Shown piece by piece: positions 7,264 to 17,968 of a DNA stretch of 64,000 nucleotides; positions within the stretch are counted from its first letter, which is position 1, and each line of letters begins with the position of its first letter. The notes under the pieces were generated by a model. It was not told the origin of the DNA and did not search any database. It saw only the letters and a program-made list of their open reading frames with translations. Both the position numbers and the translations under genes were made by a program. Source of the stretch: Desulfovibrionales bacterium (GTDB taxonomy: Bacteria; Desulfobacterota; QYQD01); contig JAQURM010000008.1 of NCBI GenBank assembly GCA_028715605.1, positions 39,474-103,473 of the forward strand, written 5' to 3'.

Positions 7264-8706
7264 TCATTTCTTTCTCGCCAAGACATAATGCACGCCCCGC
7301 TTCGAACCTACGCGTTTCAGAACATCTTTTGCCACAAGATCATCGAGATCGCGCGCAGCCGTTTTCCGGATAATGCCTGCCAGTACCTGATACTCTGAGT
7401 TCGTGATGCGCCCATGTACTTTCACATAAGTTACAGCCTTTGTCTGCCGGTCGCTCAAGCCGAGCCCGGTCATCACCTGCGCCGTCAGCCAGTCCCGCCA
7501 CAGAGTCACCACCCACTGCCCGGCCCGTTGCTCGAAGTCCGGTTCTGGAAGGCTAATGTCCCTGCAGCGCTCGATCATATCAAGAGTGCCGCTTCCCGCC
7601 TTTTCGATGTAGCGGGCCAGGTATAAAGGCTCAGCTATGAGTGGATTGCGCGGGATGGAAGCATGAGGTTGCCGAAGCAGCGCCGGGGTGAGCGGCGGCG
7701 GCAACTCGCCGGGGTTCCATACCTCCAACCTGTCGGCGAAGAGCATGACCTGCACGCTGGCGTTGCTTGTGTAGTCCCGATGGGCCACGGCATTGACGAT
7801 GGCTTCCCTTACCGCCTCCAGCGGCAGTTCGTAGTCCACAGGGGCTTGAACGCTGTGTTCACGGGTGCCGATGCGCCGATTGATCTTGGAAAGCACGAAG
7901 TCCAAAGCCTGATCCACCAACTCAAATACAGTGCCCTTATATATTTGGTAGGACGGAATGGGCTTGCGAACCTGGGTGCCATGGAAATGAAGACACTTCA
8001 CTTCCGACGTAATCAGAAACCGTTGGGGCTCCTTGCTGAACAGAAGGACGGCCGCGTGGTTTGGTCTGCCCTCATCCACGAGATTGAGGTGGGCAAGCAC
8101 CTTTTCGCGGCCGGCATTCGCCAGCAGAGGATAGTTTCGTTCCCGCCTTGCCACAGCAAGAAACGCCTTGATCTTCTCCCGGCACAGATCGTCCATCGTC
8201 GCCCGCTCGCAAGCGGAAGCATCGAAGGGCAGCCTTCTCAGATCGCCGGAGTGTTCCATGTGCTCTACGAGAGAGGCGTACAGGGAAGCCGTCAGATCGG
8301 GGATACCCGCAAAACGGCGGCGGATGAGCTGGCTGCGGGCTTTACGGATCAATTGCAATGCCTTCGGATGCCGTGCCTTGTCGTCTGCTCCCTTGACGAA
8401 AATGAGACGCGGCTTGCCTTTGGCGGTTGCCTCGTCGAATTCGAGTTCGGTCGGGGAAACGCCGTCAATGCTTTCGAATCCGTATTCGTTGCCGAACAGA
8501 CCCAGATAGATATCGCACCGTCCGACTTCTTCCAGATAGACTTCATCGGCCCTACGGTCCTGTGCGGGCAAGTCCTCGAACAGAAAGACCTCAAAGAAAC
8601 GTCGGAGCAAGGGGTCATTCCCCACGAATTCCTTGATGGCCCATCGCTCTGCCTGGAGTTCCTTCCGGACGCTGCTGACAAAGATTGTCTTCCGGTGCTC
8701 CGTCAT
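7264..8706 (-). CDS. DUF4062 - AlbA_2 - HATPase_c_4 - HTH fusion protein (Schlafen-like ATPase with a defence-associated N-terminal domain)
   Basis: N-terminal TIFVSSVRKELQAERWAIKEF (DUF4062). Then VAHRDYTSNASVQV / AGSGTLDMIERC (HATPase_c_4) and a C-terminal HTH. Paralogue of 654-2024. Confidence 0.8.
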   Translation of the reverse strand: MTEHRKTIFVSSVRKELQAERWAIKEFVGNDPLLRRFFEVFLFEDLPAQDRRADEVYLEEVGRCDIYLGLFGNEYGFESIDGVSPTELEFDEATAKGKPRLIFVKGADDKARHPKALQLIRKARSQLIRRRFAGIPDLTASLYASLVEHMEHSGDLRRLPFDASACERATMDDLCREKIKAFLAVARRERNYPLLANAGREKVLAHLNLVDEGRPNHAAVLLFSKEPQRFLITSEVKCLHFHGTQVRKPIPSYQIYKGTVFELVDQALDFVLSKINRRIGTREHSVQAPVDYELPLEAVREAIVNAVAHRDYTSNASVQVMLFADRLEVWNPGELPPPLTPALLRQPHASIPRNPLIAEPLYLARYIEKAGSGTLDMIERCRDISLPEPDFEQRAGQWVVTLWRDWLTAQVMTGLGLSDRQTKAVTYVKVHGRITNSEYQVLAGIIRKTAARDLDDLVAKDVLKRVGSKRGVHYVLARKK

Positions 8707-8797
8707 CAGGAAAAGCCTCCTTCACGAATCGCCGCCTGTTGTACCGCCTCCGCCGGAATCTCGTAGAACCTCACTGCCGCGATCTCCCGTTTGATCC

Positions 8798-9892
8798 TTA
8801 AATCAAGTTTTCCATTATAGCATCATGGATGAGCGGCCGGAAGGCCTTTATTTTTTCATTGGTCCGGCTGGGGTGAATACGGTTGGTAAGCAGGAGAATG
8901 ATTATTTCTCTCTCCAGGTCTATCCAGAAAGATACACCGGTAAACCCGAGGTGGCCGACGGTTTTTCGGGAAAAATACCGGCCGGCGCTCGAACCCTCTT
9001 CGGATGGGGTATCAAAGCCGAGCGCCCAGGTGGTTCCAGGGGGCGACCCCTGCCGCGCCAGGAAAATCGACATTAGTTCGCGGCTGAAGATTCCCGCCTC
9101 TATTTCTCCCCGATAGGCCTTTAATATCATCTTCAGCAGGCCATATAACTCCCCCGCCGTGCCGAAGAGTCCGGCATGACCGCACACCCCGCCCACGGCA
9201 TAGGCGTTGTCGTCATGCACCTCGCCGCACAAGACCTTTTTGCGCCAGGGGCACTCCTCGGTGGCCGCTATCATCCCGGGTTCAGGTAAACCGCGGCTGT
9301 TAAGGGGCCGGAATCCGGTAAAAAACAGGCCCAGCGGCCGGTAAATCCTGGCCAAGACAAACTCATCCAATCCCTGGCCGGAGGCCTTTTCAATTATCCA
9401 TTCGAGCAGCATGAACCCCAGGTCGCTGTAAAGGGCCGCTTCCCCGGGGACAGCAGCCAGGGTTTCATCCAGGAGCCACCCGCGTAATATCTTCTTTCGT
9501 TCCCCCGGAGGATAAGTCCTTAACCGCTCAAAATAAGGTTGATAGGCAGGCATACCCGAGGAGTGGGAGAGAAGCTGTCTCAAGGTAATCCCCTCCTTGG
9601 GGTTATCCCGGCCAAGACCCAGAATATCCCCTATTTCTTGATCGATCTTCAGCTCACCATTGGCCACCAGGGTCATAATCGCCATAGTGGTGGCCAGGGG
9701 TTTGGTAAGCGAGGCCAGGTCAAACAGCGTATCTGTCGTCATTAATTGTCTGGACGGAATAAGGGAGGCATGTCCGTAGGCGCGATGGGATAAGACCTTG
9801 TCCTCAGCCGCTATAAGGAGCACGGCGCCCGGAAAAACGCCTTCCTCTACGGCCCGATGCATAAGGGTGTCAACTTTTGAAAAAACAGGCAT
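8798..9892 (-). CDS. Serine hydrolase, beta-lactamase/PBP (AmpH-like) family
   Basis: S-x-x-K motif DLASLTKPLAT; beta-lactamase fold-length ORF (364 aa). Confidence 0.75.
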   Translation of the reverse strand: MPVFSKVDTLMHRAVEEGVFPGAVLLIAAEDKVLSHRAYGHASLIPSRQLMTTDTLFDLASLTKPLATTMAIMTLVANGELKIDQEIGDILGLGRDNPKEGITLRQLLSHSSGMPAYQPYFERLRTYPPGERKKILRGWLLDETLAAVPGEAALYSDLGFMLLEWIIEKASGQGLDEFVLARIYRPLGLFFTGFRPLNSRGLPEPGMIAATEECPWRKKVLCGEVHDDNAYAVGGVCGHAGLFGTAGELYGLLKMILKAYRGEIEAGIFSRELMSIFLARQGSPPGTTWALGFDTPSEEGSSAGRYFSRKTVGHLGFTGVSFWIDLEREIIILLLTNRIHPSRTNEKIKAFRPLIHDAIMENLI

Positions 9893-9911
9893 GTTAGCTG
9901 TTAATGCAGGC

Positions 9912-10835
9912 CTATTGTATGCAAGGTTCGGTCAATTCCAGCGCCCCTTCGTATCCATCCAACCTGAACATGGCGCCGATAGGCACGGCCATATTTTCCT
10001 TACCGTGCCCAAAGGGGAAGCCCGCAACAATCGGGATATCCAGGTCCCGCAGGTTCTGATGGGCAAATTCCCACACCTCTTCCTGCCCGACTCCCTCTGT
10101 GAATTGCCCCAGGACCAATCCGGCCAGCTTCGAAAGCCTCCCGGCGAGTTTAAGCTGGGTAAAAAGGCGATCAATGCGATAGAGTTTTTCCCCGCATTCT
10201 TCCACAAAAAGGATGCGGCCCTCCCAGGAAGGCTCGTAAGGCGTGCCTAGCAGGTGAACCAGGGTAGTAAGATTTCCTCCCATAAGCCGGCCCTGCGCCC
10301 GGCCCTTCTGGATAATCTCCCGGCGCGAAGGCGCTATAATCAGAGGCGATTCTCTGGTAAGGAGGTCCAGGAAGCGGCGCAGCCCATCATCAGAAAGACC
10401 GGGCAGCCCGGTCAGCATCGGCCCGTGAAACGTAACCAGGCCGCCGGAGTCAAAGGCAAAGTTCAGGAGGGCGGTGACATCGCTAAAACCCAGGATGATC
10501 TTGGGATGGGTCTTAAATAGCGAGGCATCTATATGACTCAACATCCGCAGCGTACCATAGCCGCCGCGCACACAGAGCACGGCCTGAACCTCGTCATCTG
10601 TAAGCGCCCCGGTTAAAAGGCGGGCCCGATCTTCATCAGAACCGGCCAGATAACCGTTTCGTTCGAATAACAGGGGATGATGCTTGACTTCAAAACCCAG
10701 GGAGACCAGAACCTGTACGCCCCTATCAAAATCCTCTCTCTCAAAGGGGCTGCCGGTAGCCACCAGGGCGATCCGGTCGCCTTTGCTCAATCTCCTGGGT
10801 CTGATTATTTCAGAATATCTAGACGTTCTGCTCAT
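9912..10835 (-). CDS. ldcA: LD-carboxypeptidase (peptidase S66, LdcA-like)
   Basis: ILGFSDVTALL nucleophile motif; overall match to muramoyltetrapeptide carboxypeptidases. Confidence 0.75.
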   Translation of the reverse strand: MSRTSRYSEIIRPRRLSKGDRIALVATGSPFEREDFDRGVQVLVSLGFEVKHHPLLFERNGYLAGSDEDRARLLTGALTDDEVQAVLCVRGGYGTLRMLSHIDASLFKTHPKIILGFSDVTALLNFAFDSGGLVTFHGPMLTGLPGLSDDGLRRFLDLLTRESPLIIAPSRREIIQKGRAQGRLMGGNLTTLVHLLGTPYEPSWEGRILFVEECGEKLYRIDRLFTQLKLAGRLSKLAGLVLGQFTEGVGQEEVWEFAHQNLRDLDIPIVAGFPFGHGKENMAVPIGAMFRLDGYEGALELTEPCIQ

Positions 10836-11586
10836 AGATGAGGCGCAGCCCTTCCAGGGTAAGATGGGGTTCGACTACCTTTATGGTCCTGGATTCAGAG
10901 GCGATTAGAGAAGCCAGCCCTCCTGTGGCCATTACCTTAACCGGGCTTTTAATATCCTTTTTCATGCGGGTAACGATACCATCGGCCATATCTGCAAAAC
11001 CATAGACAATACCGGCATTCATGGCCGCTACCGTATCTCTGGCCATAACCGACCGGGGTCTGGCAAATATAGCGGCACGGGGCAGCCTGGCGGCCTTGGC
11101 AAAGAGGGCTTCACAGGAAATAAGCACACCGGGCGCGATGGCCCCGCCCAGGTACTCCCCGCGTCCCGAGACATAATCAAATGTGGTGGCGGTGCCGAAA
11201 TCCACGACAATCACGCCCCCCGGATACCGGGCAAAGGCCGCTACGGCATTGACCAGGCGGTCAGCCCCTAATTCTGCCGGGTTATCTATACAGATCTTTA
11301 TTGGGGACGCAATCCCCGGCCCAACCACCAGCGGCTTGACTTTCAGGTATTCCTGACAAAAGGTCTCGACCGCATAAAGCATGGAAGGGACCACACAGGA
11401 AATGGCCGCACCGCGAATCTCAGGAATGGCTATGTTTTCACGGGATATAAGGCAGGAAAAGCTGACAAAAAGCCCGTCGGCGGTCACCTTCGGGTCTGTA
11501 CGCAACCGCCAGTCTCTAAGGAGACGGTCTCCTTTAAAGAGGCCGAATACGATATTTGTATTGCCTATATCTATCGCCAGGAGCAC
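10819..11586 (-). CDS. coaX: Type III pantothenate kinase
   Basis: LLAIDIGNTN, VVDFGTATTFD, ATGG motifs; 255 aa. Confidence 0.85.
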   Translation of the reverse strand: MLLAIDIGNTNIVFGLFKGDRLLRDWRLRTDPKVTADGLFVSFSCLISRENIAIPEIRGAAISCVVPSMLYAVETFCQEYLKVKPLVVGPGIASPIKICIDNPAELGADRLVNAVAAFARYPGGVIVVDFGTATTFDYVSGRGEYLGGAIAPGVLISCEALFAKAARLPRAAIFARPRSVMARDTVAAMNAGIVYGFADMADGIVTRMKKDIKSPVKVMATGGLASLIASESRTIKVVEPHLTLEGLRLIYEQNV

Positions 11587-11600
11587 AGGGCATCCCTTTC

Positions 11601-12950
11601 TTATTTCAAGGCCTTTTCCAGAAATAAAGCCAGATCCTGTGCCAGGGCCTCGATCTGATCTTCTCTTTCCCCTTCCACCATCACGCGGACTAACGGCTCT
11701 GTGCCGGAGAAACGCACCAGAACCCGGCCCCGGCCCCCAAGCTCACGCTCTGCCGCGGCCAGCTTTTTCTTGAAGCCGTTAATCTCGTCCAGATCTTTTT
11801 TCACACTCACCCGCATATTTATCAGCTTCTGGGGATATGATTCCATGATCTTCGCCAACTCGGAAAGGGGACGGCCGGTCTTACAGATGATCGCGAGGAG
11901 CTGCAGCGCCGCCAATATGCCGTCGCCGGTAGTAATGTGATCGAGAAAGATCAGATGTCCGGATTGCTCTCCTCCAAAGTTATATCCGCCCCTGACCATC
12001 TCTTCCACCACATAACGGTCACCGACCTGGGTGCGGACAAGGTTGCCCCCCATATTCCTCATGCACACCTCAAGCCCCATGTTGCTCATGACCGTGGTAA
12101 CCAGGGTCTTTTTGCGTAGTTTTTTCTCCCCGGCCATCATAGAGGCGCAGATGGCCATGATATGGTCTCCGTCAACCTTATTCCCTTTCTCATCCACAAA
12201 GATAACGCGGTCTGCGTCCCCGTCGAGGGCGATCCCCATGTGAGCGCCCTGTTCACGGACGCTATTTTGCACCAACTTTGTGTCGAGGGCCCCGCAACCA
12301 CGGTTGATATTCGTCCCATCCGGGTTGACTCCGAGCAGAGTCAGGGCGGCGCCAAGCTCGCCAAAGACGATCGGAGCCACTTTATACGCCGCGCCATGGG
12401 CGCAATCCAGCACGATCCGCAGGCCATCCAGGCTATAAGCAGAGGGAAACGTGTTCTTGAGAAAAACGATATAACGCCCGGTGGCGTCATCGATGCGGTA
12501 TGCCTTTCCCACCTCATCTGCCGTAGGCCTCAGGGAGTCAATTTCCTTGGAAAAAATAAGGTCTTCGATCTTTTGTTCTGTGGCATCTGGAAGCTTAAAA
12601 CCGCTGCCGGCAAAAAATTTTATTCCGTTGTCCTGAAAGGGATTATGAGAGGCCGAGATAACGACCCCGGCGTCAGCGCGCATATTCTTGGTAAGAAAGG
12701 CTATGCCGGGTGTCGGGAGCGGACCGACCAGGAGCACATCCACCCCCATGGAACAGATACCGGAGGCAATGGCATTCTCAATCATGTAACCCGAAAGCCG
12801 CGTGTCCTTTCCAATAACTATGCGGTGTCGCCGGTTTTTGTCCTTAAATACATAGGCTGCGCCGCGCCCCAATTGCATGGCTATTTCCGTGGTCATGGGA
12901 TAGATATTGGCCACACCGCGCACGCCGTCCGTACCAAAAAGTTTACGCAT
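11601..12950 (-). CDS. glmM: Phosphoglucosamine mutase
   Basis: [31 protein letters not shown]; 449 aa. Confidence 0.9.
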   Translation of the reverse strand: MRKLFGTDGVRGVANIYPMTTEIAMQLGRGAAYVFKDKNRRHRIVIGKDTRLSGYMIENAIASGICSMGVDVLLVGPLPTPGIAFLTKNMRADAGVVISASHNPFQDNGIKFFAGSGFKLPDATEQKIEDLIFSKEIDSLRPTADEVGKAYRIDDATGRYIVFLKNTFPSAYSLDGLRIVLDCAHGAAYKVAPIVFGELGAALTLLGVNPDGTNINRGCGALDTKLVQNSVREQGAHMGIALDGDADRVIFVDEKGNKVDGDHIMAICASMMAGEKKLRKKTLVTTVMSNMGLEVCMRNMGGNLVRTQVGDRYVVEEMVRGGYNFGGEQSGHLIFLDHITTGDGILAALQLLAIICKTGRPLSELAKIMESYPQKLINMRVSVKKDLDEINGFKKKLAAAERELGGRGRVLVRFSGTEPLVRVMVEGEREDQIEALAQDLALFLEKALK

Positions 12951-12962
12951 ATATCAACCCTG

Positions 12963-13889
12963 TTACTTCTTCAAAATAATTACCCTGGCCGATTTCGGCT
13001 TAACCTTCTCTATCTCTACACCTGACGGGGCGTTAATAACAGGCCGCCTCACATACGTGCCGGGACCGAGTCCCCCCAATTGCACCACAGCCCGAATATC
13101 CTGTTTCCGGGCCGCATTTCGCAGCACACTCACCGGTCCCTGCATTGATACTTCTATGTTACGGGGGTCAATCTTATACCCATAGGCCGCACCCGCACCC
13201 TCCACAGGTATAACCAGGCTTTTCCGTATAATCTTTTCTTCAACCTGTATATAGGCAGTCACCTGCGGTTCACCCACCACCCTCAGGTGATACCTCTGCA
13301 GGTCAAGACCTGCTACAGCCTTCGTGCTTACACTAAGTCCTGAAATATCAATGGGCCGGGTCAAGACCTTTTTTACCTTAGCCACTTCTCTGACCGCACC
13401 GGACAAAACTACCTTAGCCGGTTTAAGTTCCACGCCCTTTAGCTCATAATCAGCGGCTATTGCGCCTTTTAACACGGCCTCAACCGGCGCTTCCCGCCGG
13501 GCCAGCGGCTCCAGTACCAGGTTCACCTGAGAAGGATGAATACGTGTTACCTGGACCTCCCCCGGGAGACGGATACCTTCGGGAGTAATATGTAATGTCA
13601 TCTTCCCCGGTGTGGCCTTAGCCAAATCCACCACATGGCTAAGACGCCGGGTGACCAGTTCACGCACCAGACTACGCGGCCCATAGACACGCACATCTAT
13701 CGCGCCGTTAAACTCATTGCTGATAACCAGATCATCGGGCATGTTAACCAATTCCAGGGGGACACTAAGACTTACCTCGGCCTTTTCCTCCCCCACCACA
13801 AAGAACCATAAAAATAGGGCAAACGCCAGGGCTAAGAGCTTAAGCCCGATATTCTTTCTCCAGAATCTCTGTGTCTTGCCGGCCTTCAT
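12963..13889 (-). CDS. cdaR: YbbR-domain protein, CdaA regulator
   Basis: N-terminal transmembrane segment followed by YbbR-like repeats. Sits between cdaA and glmM in the conserved cdaA-cdaR-glmM order. Confidence 0.7.
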   Translation of the reverse strand: MKAGKTQRFWRKNIGLKLLALAFALFLWFFVVGEEKAEVSLSVPLELVNMPDDLVISNEFNGAIDVRVYGPRSLVRELVTRRLSHVVDLAKATPGKMTLHITPEGIRLPGEVQVTRIHPSQVNLVLEPLARREAPVEAVLKGAIAADYELKGVELKPAKVVLSGAVREVAKVKKVLTRPIDISGLSVSTKAVAGLDLQRYHLRVVGEPQVTAYIQVEEKIIRKSLVIPVEGAGAAYGYKIDPRNIEVSMQGPVSVLRNAARKQDIRAVVQLGGLGPGTYVRRPVINAPSGVEIEKVKPKSARVIILKK

Positions 13890-13920
13890 TTTTGTAACCG
13901 TTCACCACATTCTATTCACC

Positions 13921-14000
13921 GCTGAGAACGCGGAGATCGCAGAGTATGAAAACACAATATTTTTAAAATTTATATTCTCTCTGCGTTCTCTGCGCACTCT
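13921..14000. mobile_element. Short MITE-like remnant (imperfect inverted repeats related to the 26644-26859 element) in the cdaA-cdaR intergenic region
   Basis: Arms cgctgagaacgcggagatcgcagag and ctctgcgttctctgcgcactctgcggtgc flank an AT-rich core. The right arm matches the TIR ctctgtgttctctgtggc at 16 of 18 positions. Confidence 0.45.
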
Positions 14001-14015
14001 GCGGTGCACTATTAC

Positions 14016-14816
14016 TCATTTTTTAATCTTTGTACCCATGAGTTTCTTCCACCACTGCCTGCCGTCCTTTTCCTCTCTCCAGATACCCTGAAGCATATTT
14101 CTTAAGGTCGCAGCGTCGAGATCGCGTGTTATTTTGCTGTCAATAGCCGCAGAGATAGTCCCGGTCTCCTCTGAGACCACTACTACCACCGCATCGGTAT
14201 GCTCGGTCAGGCCAACTGCAGCCCGGTGGCGCGTACCCAGTTTTTTGCTCAAAAAAGGGTTGGTGGAAAGAGGCAAAAAACACCCCGCATGCGAGATGCG
14301 GCCATTACGAATGATGACTGCTCCATCATGTATGGGTGAGGTCGGATAAAAGATACTCAAGAGTATCTCCCGGCTGACCCGGGCATCGATAGGTACACCG
14401 GACTCCAGGTAATCCTTCAGGCCGGCCTCCCTCTCGATAGCTATTAATCCACCAATTCCCTTATTCGACAGCGATACAGCCGACCGGACCACCTCTTCCA
14501 AAATTTGCAGCGTGGCTGTATCTGCCTTTAGAAACGGGGTACGGCCAACCTGCATTAAGGCCCGGCGAATGTCATCCTGAAAAATGATGACCACTAAAAG
14601 AAAAAAGGAGCTTAAAAAGGTGCCGAGCAGCCAGTGCAGGGTTTGCAGTCCCACCTCGCGCGCCATGAAATAGAAAACGACCAGAATAGCCAGGCCGGCC
14701 ACCATCTGCACGGCCCGGGTACCGCGAATAAAAAGGATTATCTCATAGATAATAAAGGCTACCAGCAAGATATCCAGGACATCCTGCCAGCGCAATGTAG
14801 TCAAATATTCAATCAT
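14016..14816 (-). CDS. cdaA: Diadenylate cyclase (c-di-AMP synthase, DisA_N domain) with N-terminal transmembrane helices
   Basis: GTRHRAAVGLTE, DGAVIIRNGRI motifs; three N-terminal transmembrane segments. Confidence 0.85.
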   Translation of the reverse strand: MIEYLTTLRWQDVLDILLVAFIIYEIILFIRGTRAVQMVAGLAILVVFYFMAREVGLQTLHWLLGTFLSSFFLLVVIIFQDDIRRALMQVGRTPFLKADTATLQILEEVVRSAVSLSNKGIGGLIAIEREAGLKDYLESGVPIDARVSREILLSIFYPTSPIHDGAVIIRNGRISHAGCFLPLSTNPFLSKKLGTRHRAAVGLTEHTDAVVVVVSEETGTISAAIDSKITRDLDAATLRNMLQGIWREEKDGRQWWKKLMGTKIKK

Positions 14817-14852
14817 TTTCCTGCGTGCTTTCCAGCGCTCATTGCTCAGTAC

Positions 14853-15791
14853 TCAGCACTCATCACCACTTCTGTCTCCTGACTCCTGTCTTCTGTCTGC
14901 TGACTGTCGATCCGCCGGAGACGGAACTGCTGTATGCTGAACGCTGCCCTTTCTGATGGCTTCTACTATGCGGACCGTGTGTACGGCAGAACGCACATCA
15001 TGTACCCGCACTATATGCGCGCCCTCCCAGACACCCACAGCCGTTACGGCCTGCGTAGCCCCATCCCTTTCCCCAACGTCGATATCCAATATCTTGCCTA
15101 TAAAACTCTTGCGTGACGGCCCGATCAGGATGGGCCGCCCCAGTTCCTGAAAAGCAAAGATAGACCGAAGAAGCATTAAGTTGTGATCCGCGTCCTTGCC
15201 AAAGCCGATGCCGGGATCGAGAATAAATCTATCTCTATCCAGCCCCATTTTCCCGGCCCAGGCCAGGCGTTCACGCAAAAAAGCCATTACTTCCCCCACC
15301 ACATCGTCATAATAAGGCCTTACCTGCATGTCTTGCGGCATTCCCTGCATGTGCATAAGGATGGCCGGGACCTGATGTTTGAGAAGCACATCAACCATGG
15401 CCGGGTCATAACGCAGCGCCGTAACATCGTTGACTATGTCCGCGCCGGCAGAAACGGCTGCACCGGCTACTTCGGCCTTATAAGTATCTATAGAGAGCAG
15501 GACATCCCATCGTCTTCGGATAGCCTCTATCACAGGCACCACCCGGCACAGTTCTTCCCGGACGGAGACAGGCTGCGCAAAAGGACGGGTGGATTCTCCG
15601 CCTACGTCAATGATGTCCACCCCGGCCCCGATCATATCTTCCGCGTGCTTAAGGGCCGCATCCGGCGCCGTATAGCGTCCGCCGTCAGAAAATGAATCCG
15701 GCGTGACATTAAGTATGCCCATTACATAGGTCTTTACACCAAAGGACAGCACCCTGCCCTTGCAGACCAATGTCAAACCCTCTTCATTCAT
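14853..15791 (-). CDS. folP: Dihydropteroate synthase
   Basis: VMGILNVTPDSFSDGG, DIIDVGGESTRP, ILIGPSRKSFIG. The C-terminal 30 aa is a low-complexity extension (SADRRQESGDRSGDEC). Confidence 0.85.
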   Translation of the reverse strand: MNEEGLTLVCKGRVLSFGVKTYVMGILNVTPDSFSDGGRYTAPDAALKHAEDMIGAGVDIIDVGGESTRPFAQPVSVREELCRVVPVIEAIRRRWDVLLSIDTYKAEVAGAAVSAGADIVNDVTALRYDPAMVDVLLKHQVPAILMHMQGMPQDMQVRPYYDDVVGEVMAFLRERLAWAGKMGLDRDRFILDPGIGFGKDADHNLMLLRSIFAFQELGRPILIGPSRKSFIGKILDIDVGERDGATQAVTAVGVWEGAHIVRVHDVRSAVHTVRIVEAIRKGSVQHTAVPSPADRQSADRRQESGDRSGDEC

Positions 15792-15868
15792 GATGACCGT
15801 CTTAAAGAAATACCGGAAACTTTAACTCAATAAATGTAAGGAAGGTCCCTTACCAGGCGGATCTGGCG

Positions 15869-17680
15869 TTAAGCTGCTGTTGGCTCTCTTCTTCCGTTTA
15901 ACCCTAAAATTTTGTCGATGTCTCCTGCATCCAGAGACTCCCGCTCCAATAAGGAGCCGGCCAGCTTATGCAGGGACTGGATATTCTCATGGATAATGTC
16001 TTTGGCGCGTTGATAACTTTCCGTTACCAGCCGCTTAATCTCCTCATCAATCCGAACCGCTGTTGCCTCGCTATAATCCTTGTGCTGAGCTATTTCCTTA
16101 CCCAAAAAAATGTGCTCTTCCTTCTTGCCAAAAGACAGCGGCCCCATATCTTCGCTCATACCCCAGTTACAAACCATCTTACGTGCCAATTCGGTAGCCC
16201 GTTCGATATCATTGCCGGCTCCGGTAGTAAACTGTTTTAAAACAAGCTCCTCGGCCGCCCGTCCTCCCAGGAGAATGACGAGATTATTAATCAGATAGTC
16301 CTTTTGATAGGTATGCCTCTCATCAATAGGTAGTTGTTGGGTAAGACCCAGTGCCCTGCCGCGGGGAATGATGGTTACTTTATGGATGGGATCAGCCCCA
16401 GGCAGGAGTTTAGCTACCAGGGCATGGCCGGCTTCATGAAAGGCGGTTATGCGTTTTTCTTCCTCAGTGATGATCATACTACGCCTCTCCGTGCCCATCA
16501 TGACCTTGTCCTTGGCCTCCTCAAAATCAGACATCTGGAGTTTTTCCTTATTCTTCCGGGCTGCGAGTAAGGCTGCCTCATTAACCATGTTTTCCAGATC
16601 CGCTCCGCTGAAGCCGGGCGTGCCCCGCGCCAGGACGCTCAAATCCACATCACTATCCATGGGCATATTTCGCGAATGCACTCTCAAAATACCTTCACGG
16701 CCGCGGATATCAGGCGTGGGTACGACTATCTGCCTGTCAAACCGGCCGGGCCTGAGTAAGGCCGGGTCAAGGACATCCGGCCTGTTGGTGGCGGCGACGA
16801 TAATAACCCCCTCGTTCGACTCAAACCCGTCCATCTCTACGAGAAGCTGATTGAGGGTCTGTTCCCTTTCATCATGGCCTCCTCCCAGTCCGGCGCCCCG
16901 GTGGCGGCCCACCGCATCGATTTCATCGATGAAAATAATGCACGGGGCGTTTTTCTTCCCCTGCACAAAGAGGTCTCGTACTCTGGAGGCGCCCACACCT
17001 ACAAACATTTCCACAAAATCAGAACCGCTTATACTGAAAAAAGGCACTCCGGCTTCTCCGGCTATGGCCTTAGCCAGTAAGGTCTTCCCCGTCCCCGGCG
17101 CTCCCATGAGGAGCACACCCTTGGGAATCCGTCCTCCGAGACGCGTGAACCTTTTGGGATCTTTCAAAAAATCGATAATCTCGGCCAGCTCCTCCTTGGC
17201 CTCATCTATACCCGCTACATCGGCAAATGTTGTCTTGACAGTCTGGCCGGAAAGGAGTCTGGCCCGGCTCTTGCCAAAAGAAAGGGCCTTGCCGCCCCCG
17301 GCCTGCATCTGACGCATAAAAAATATCCAGACCCCTATGAGAAGCAGCATGGGCAGCCATGAGATAATAAGTGTCCAATACCATGGCGATTCTTCCGCCG
17401 GTTTTACCGCTATTTTGACGCTAGCCTGCCGCAGAATTTTAACCAGGTCAACATCCTTTGGGGCGTACGTCTTGAAGGCCCGGCCATTAACATACTGCCC
17501 ATGGATGCGCTCTCCCTGCACCGTTACCCGCGACACCTCCCCCTTTTCCACCTTATCCAGAAAGTCGCTATAGGTTACCTCACCGCTCTCCTCTCCCGGA
17601 CGATTGAAGAATTGAAACAAAAGGATCATTACCAGGCCGATAACCAGCCAAAGGGATAAATTCTTATAAAACGTATTCAA
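15869..17680 (-). CDS. ftsH: ATP-dependent zinc metalloprotease FtsH
   Basis: GAPGTGKT Walker A, HEAGHALV zinc motif; 603 aa. Confidence 0.95.
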   Translation of the reverse strand: MNTFYKNLSLWLVIGLVMILLFQFFNRPGEESGEVTYSDFLDKVEKGEVSRVTVQGERIHGQYVNGRAFKTYAPKDVDLVKILRQASVKIAVKPAEESPWYWTLIISWLPMLLLIGVWIFFMRQMQAGGGKALSFGKSRARLLSGQTVKTTFADVAGIDEAKEELAEIIDFLKDPKRFTRLGGRIPKGVLLMGAPGTGKTLLAKAIAGEAGVPFFSISGSDFVEMFVGVGASRVRDLFVQGKKNAPCIIFIDEIDAVGRHRGAGLGGGHDEREQTLNQLLVEMDGFESNEGVIIVAATNRPDVLDPALLRPGRFDRQIVVPTPDIRGREGILRVHSRNMPMDSDVDLSVLARGTPGFSGADLENMVNEAALLAARKNKEKLQMSDFEEAKDKVMMGTERRSMIITEEEKRITAFHEAGHALVAKLLPGADPIHKVTIIPRGRALGLTQQLPIDERHTYQKDYLINNLVILLGGRAAEELVLKQFTTGAGNDIERATELARKMVCNWGMSEDMGPLSFGKKEEHIFLGKEIAQHKDYSEATAVRIDEEIKRLVTESYQRAKDIIHENIQSLHKLAGSLLERESLDAGDIDKILGLNGRREPTAA

Positions 17681-17968
17681 AAAATCCTCCCTGCTCTGCT
17701 TCTCAGTAAGATTTAATAGGGACGTCCGCCTGAGGCGGACCGATACCCGCAGAAAATTATCTTCTTAAATTTAAAAATCCTAACAATCTGCGTTCATCTG
17801 CGTCCAAAAAAGAATTTCACCTTTAAACTAAGGGAAAATGCCATTTTTTGCAAGCAAAACATATGCCTTCGTGCCCTTAAGCCACCAAGGCACTAAGATT
17901 ATAGAATAATTCTCTTAATGTCACACTCATTCTTTATGTCTTGGTGCCTTTGTGGCTAAACAGGCACC

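Noticed and set aside
7663-8766. 367-aa plus-strand ORF
   Set aside because: It is antisense to the well-supported DUF4062/AlbA_2 gene, has no domain signatures, and has arbitrary composition.
12162-13025. 287-aa plus-strand ORF
   Set aside because: Antisense to glmM, which has strong canonical motifs.
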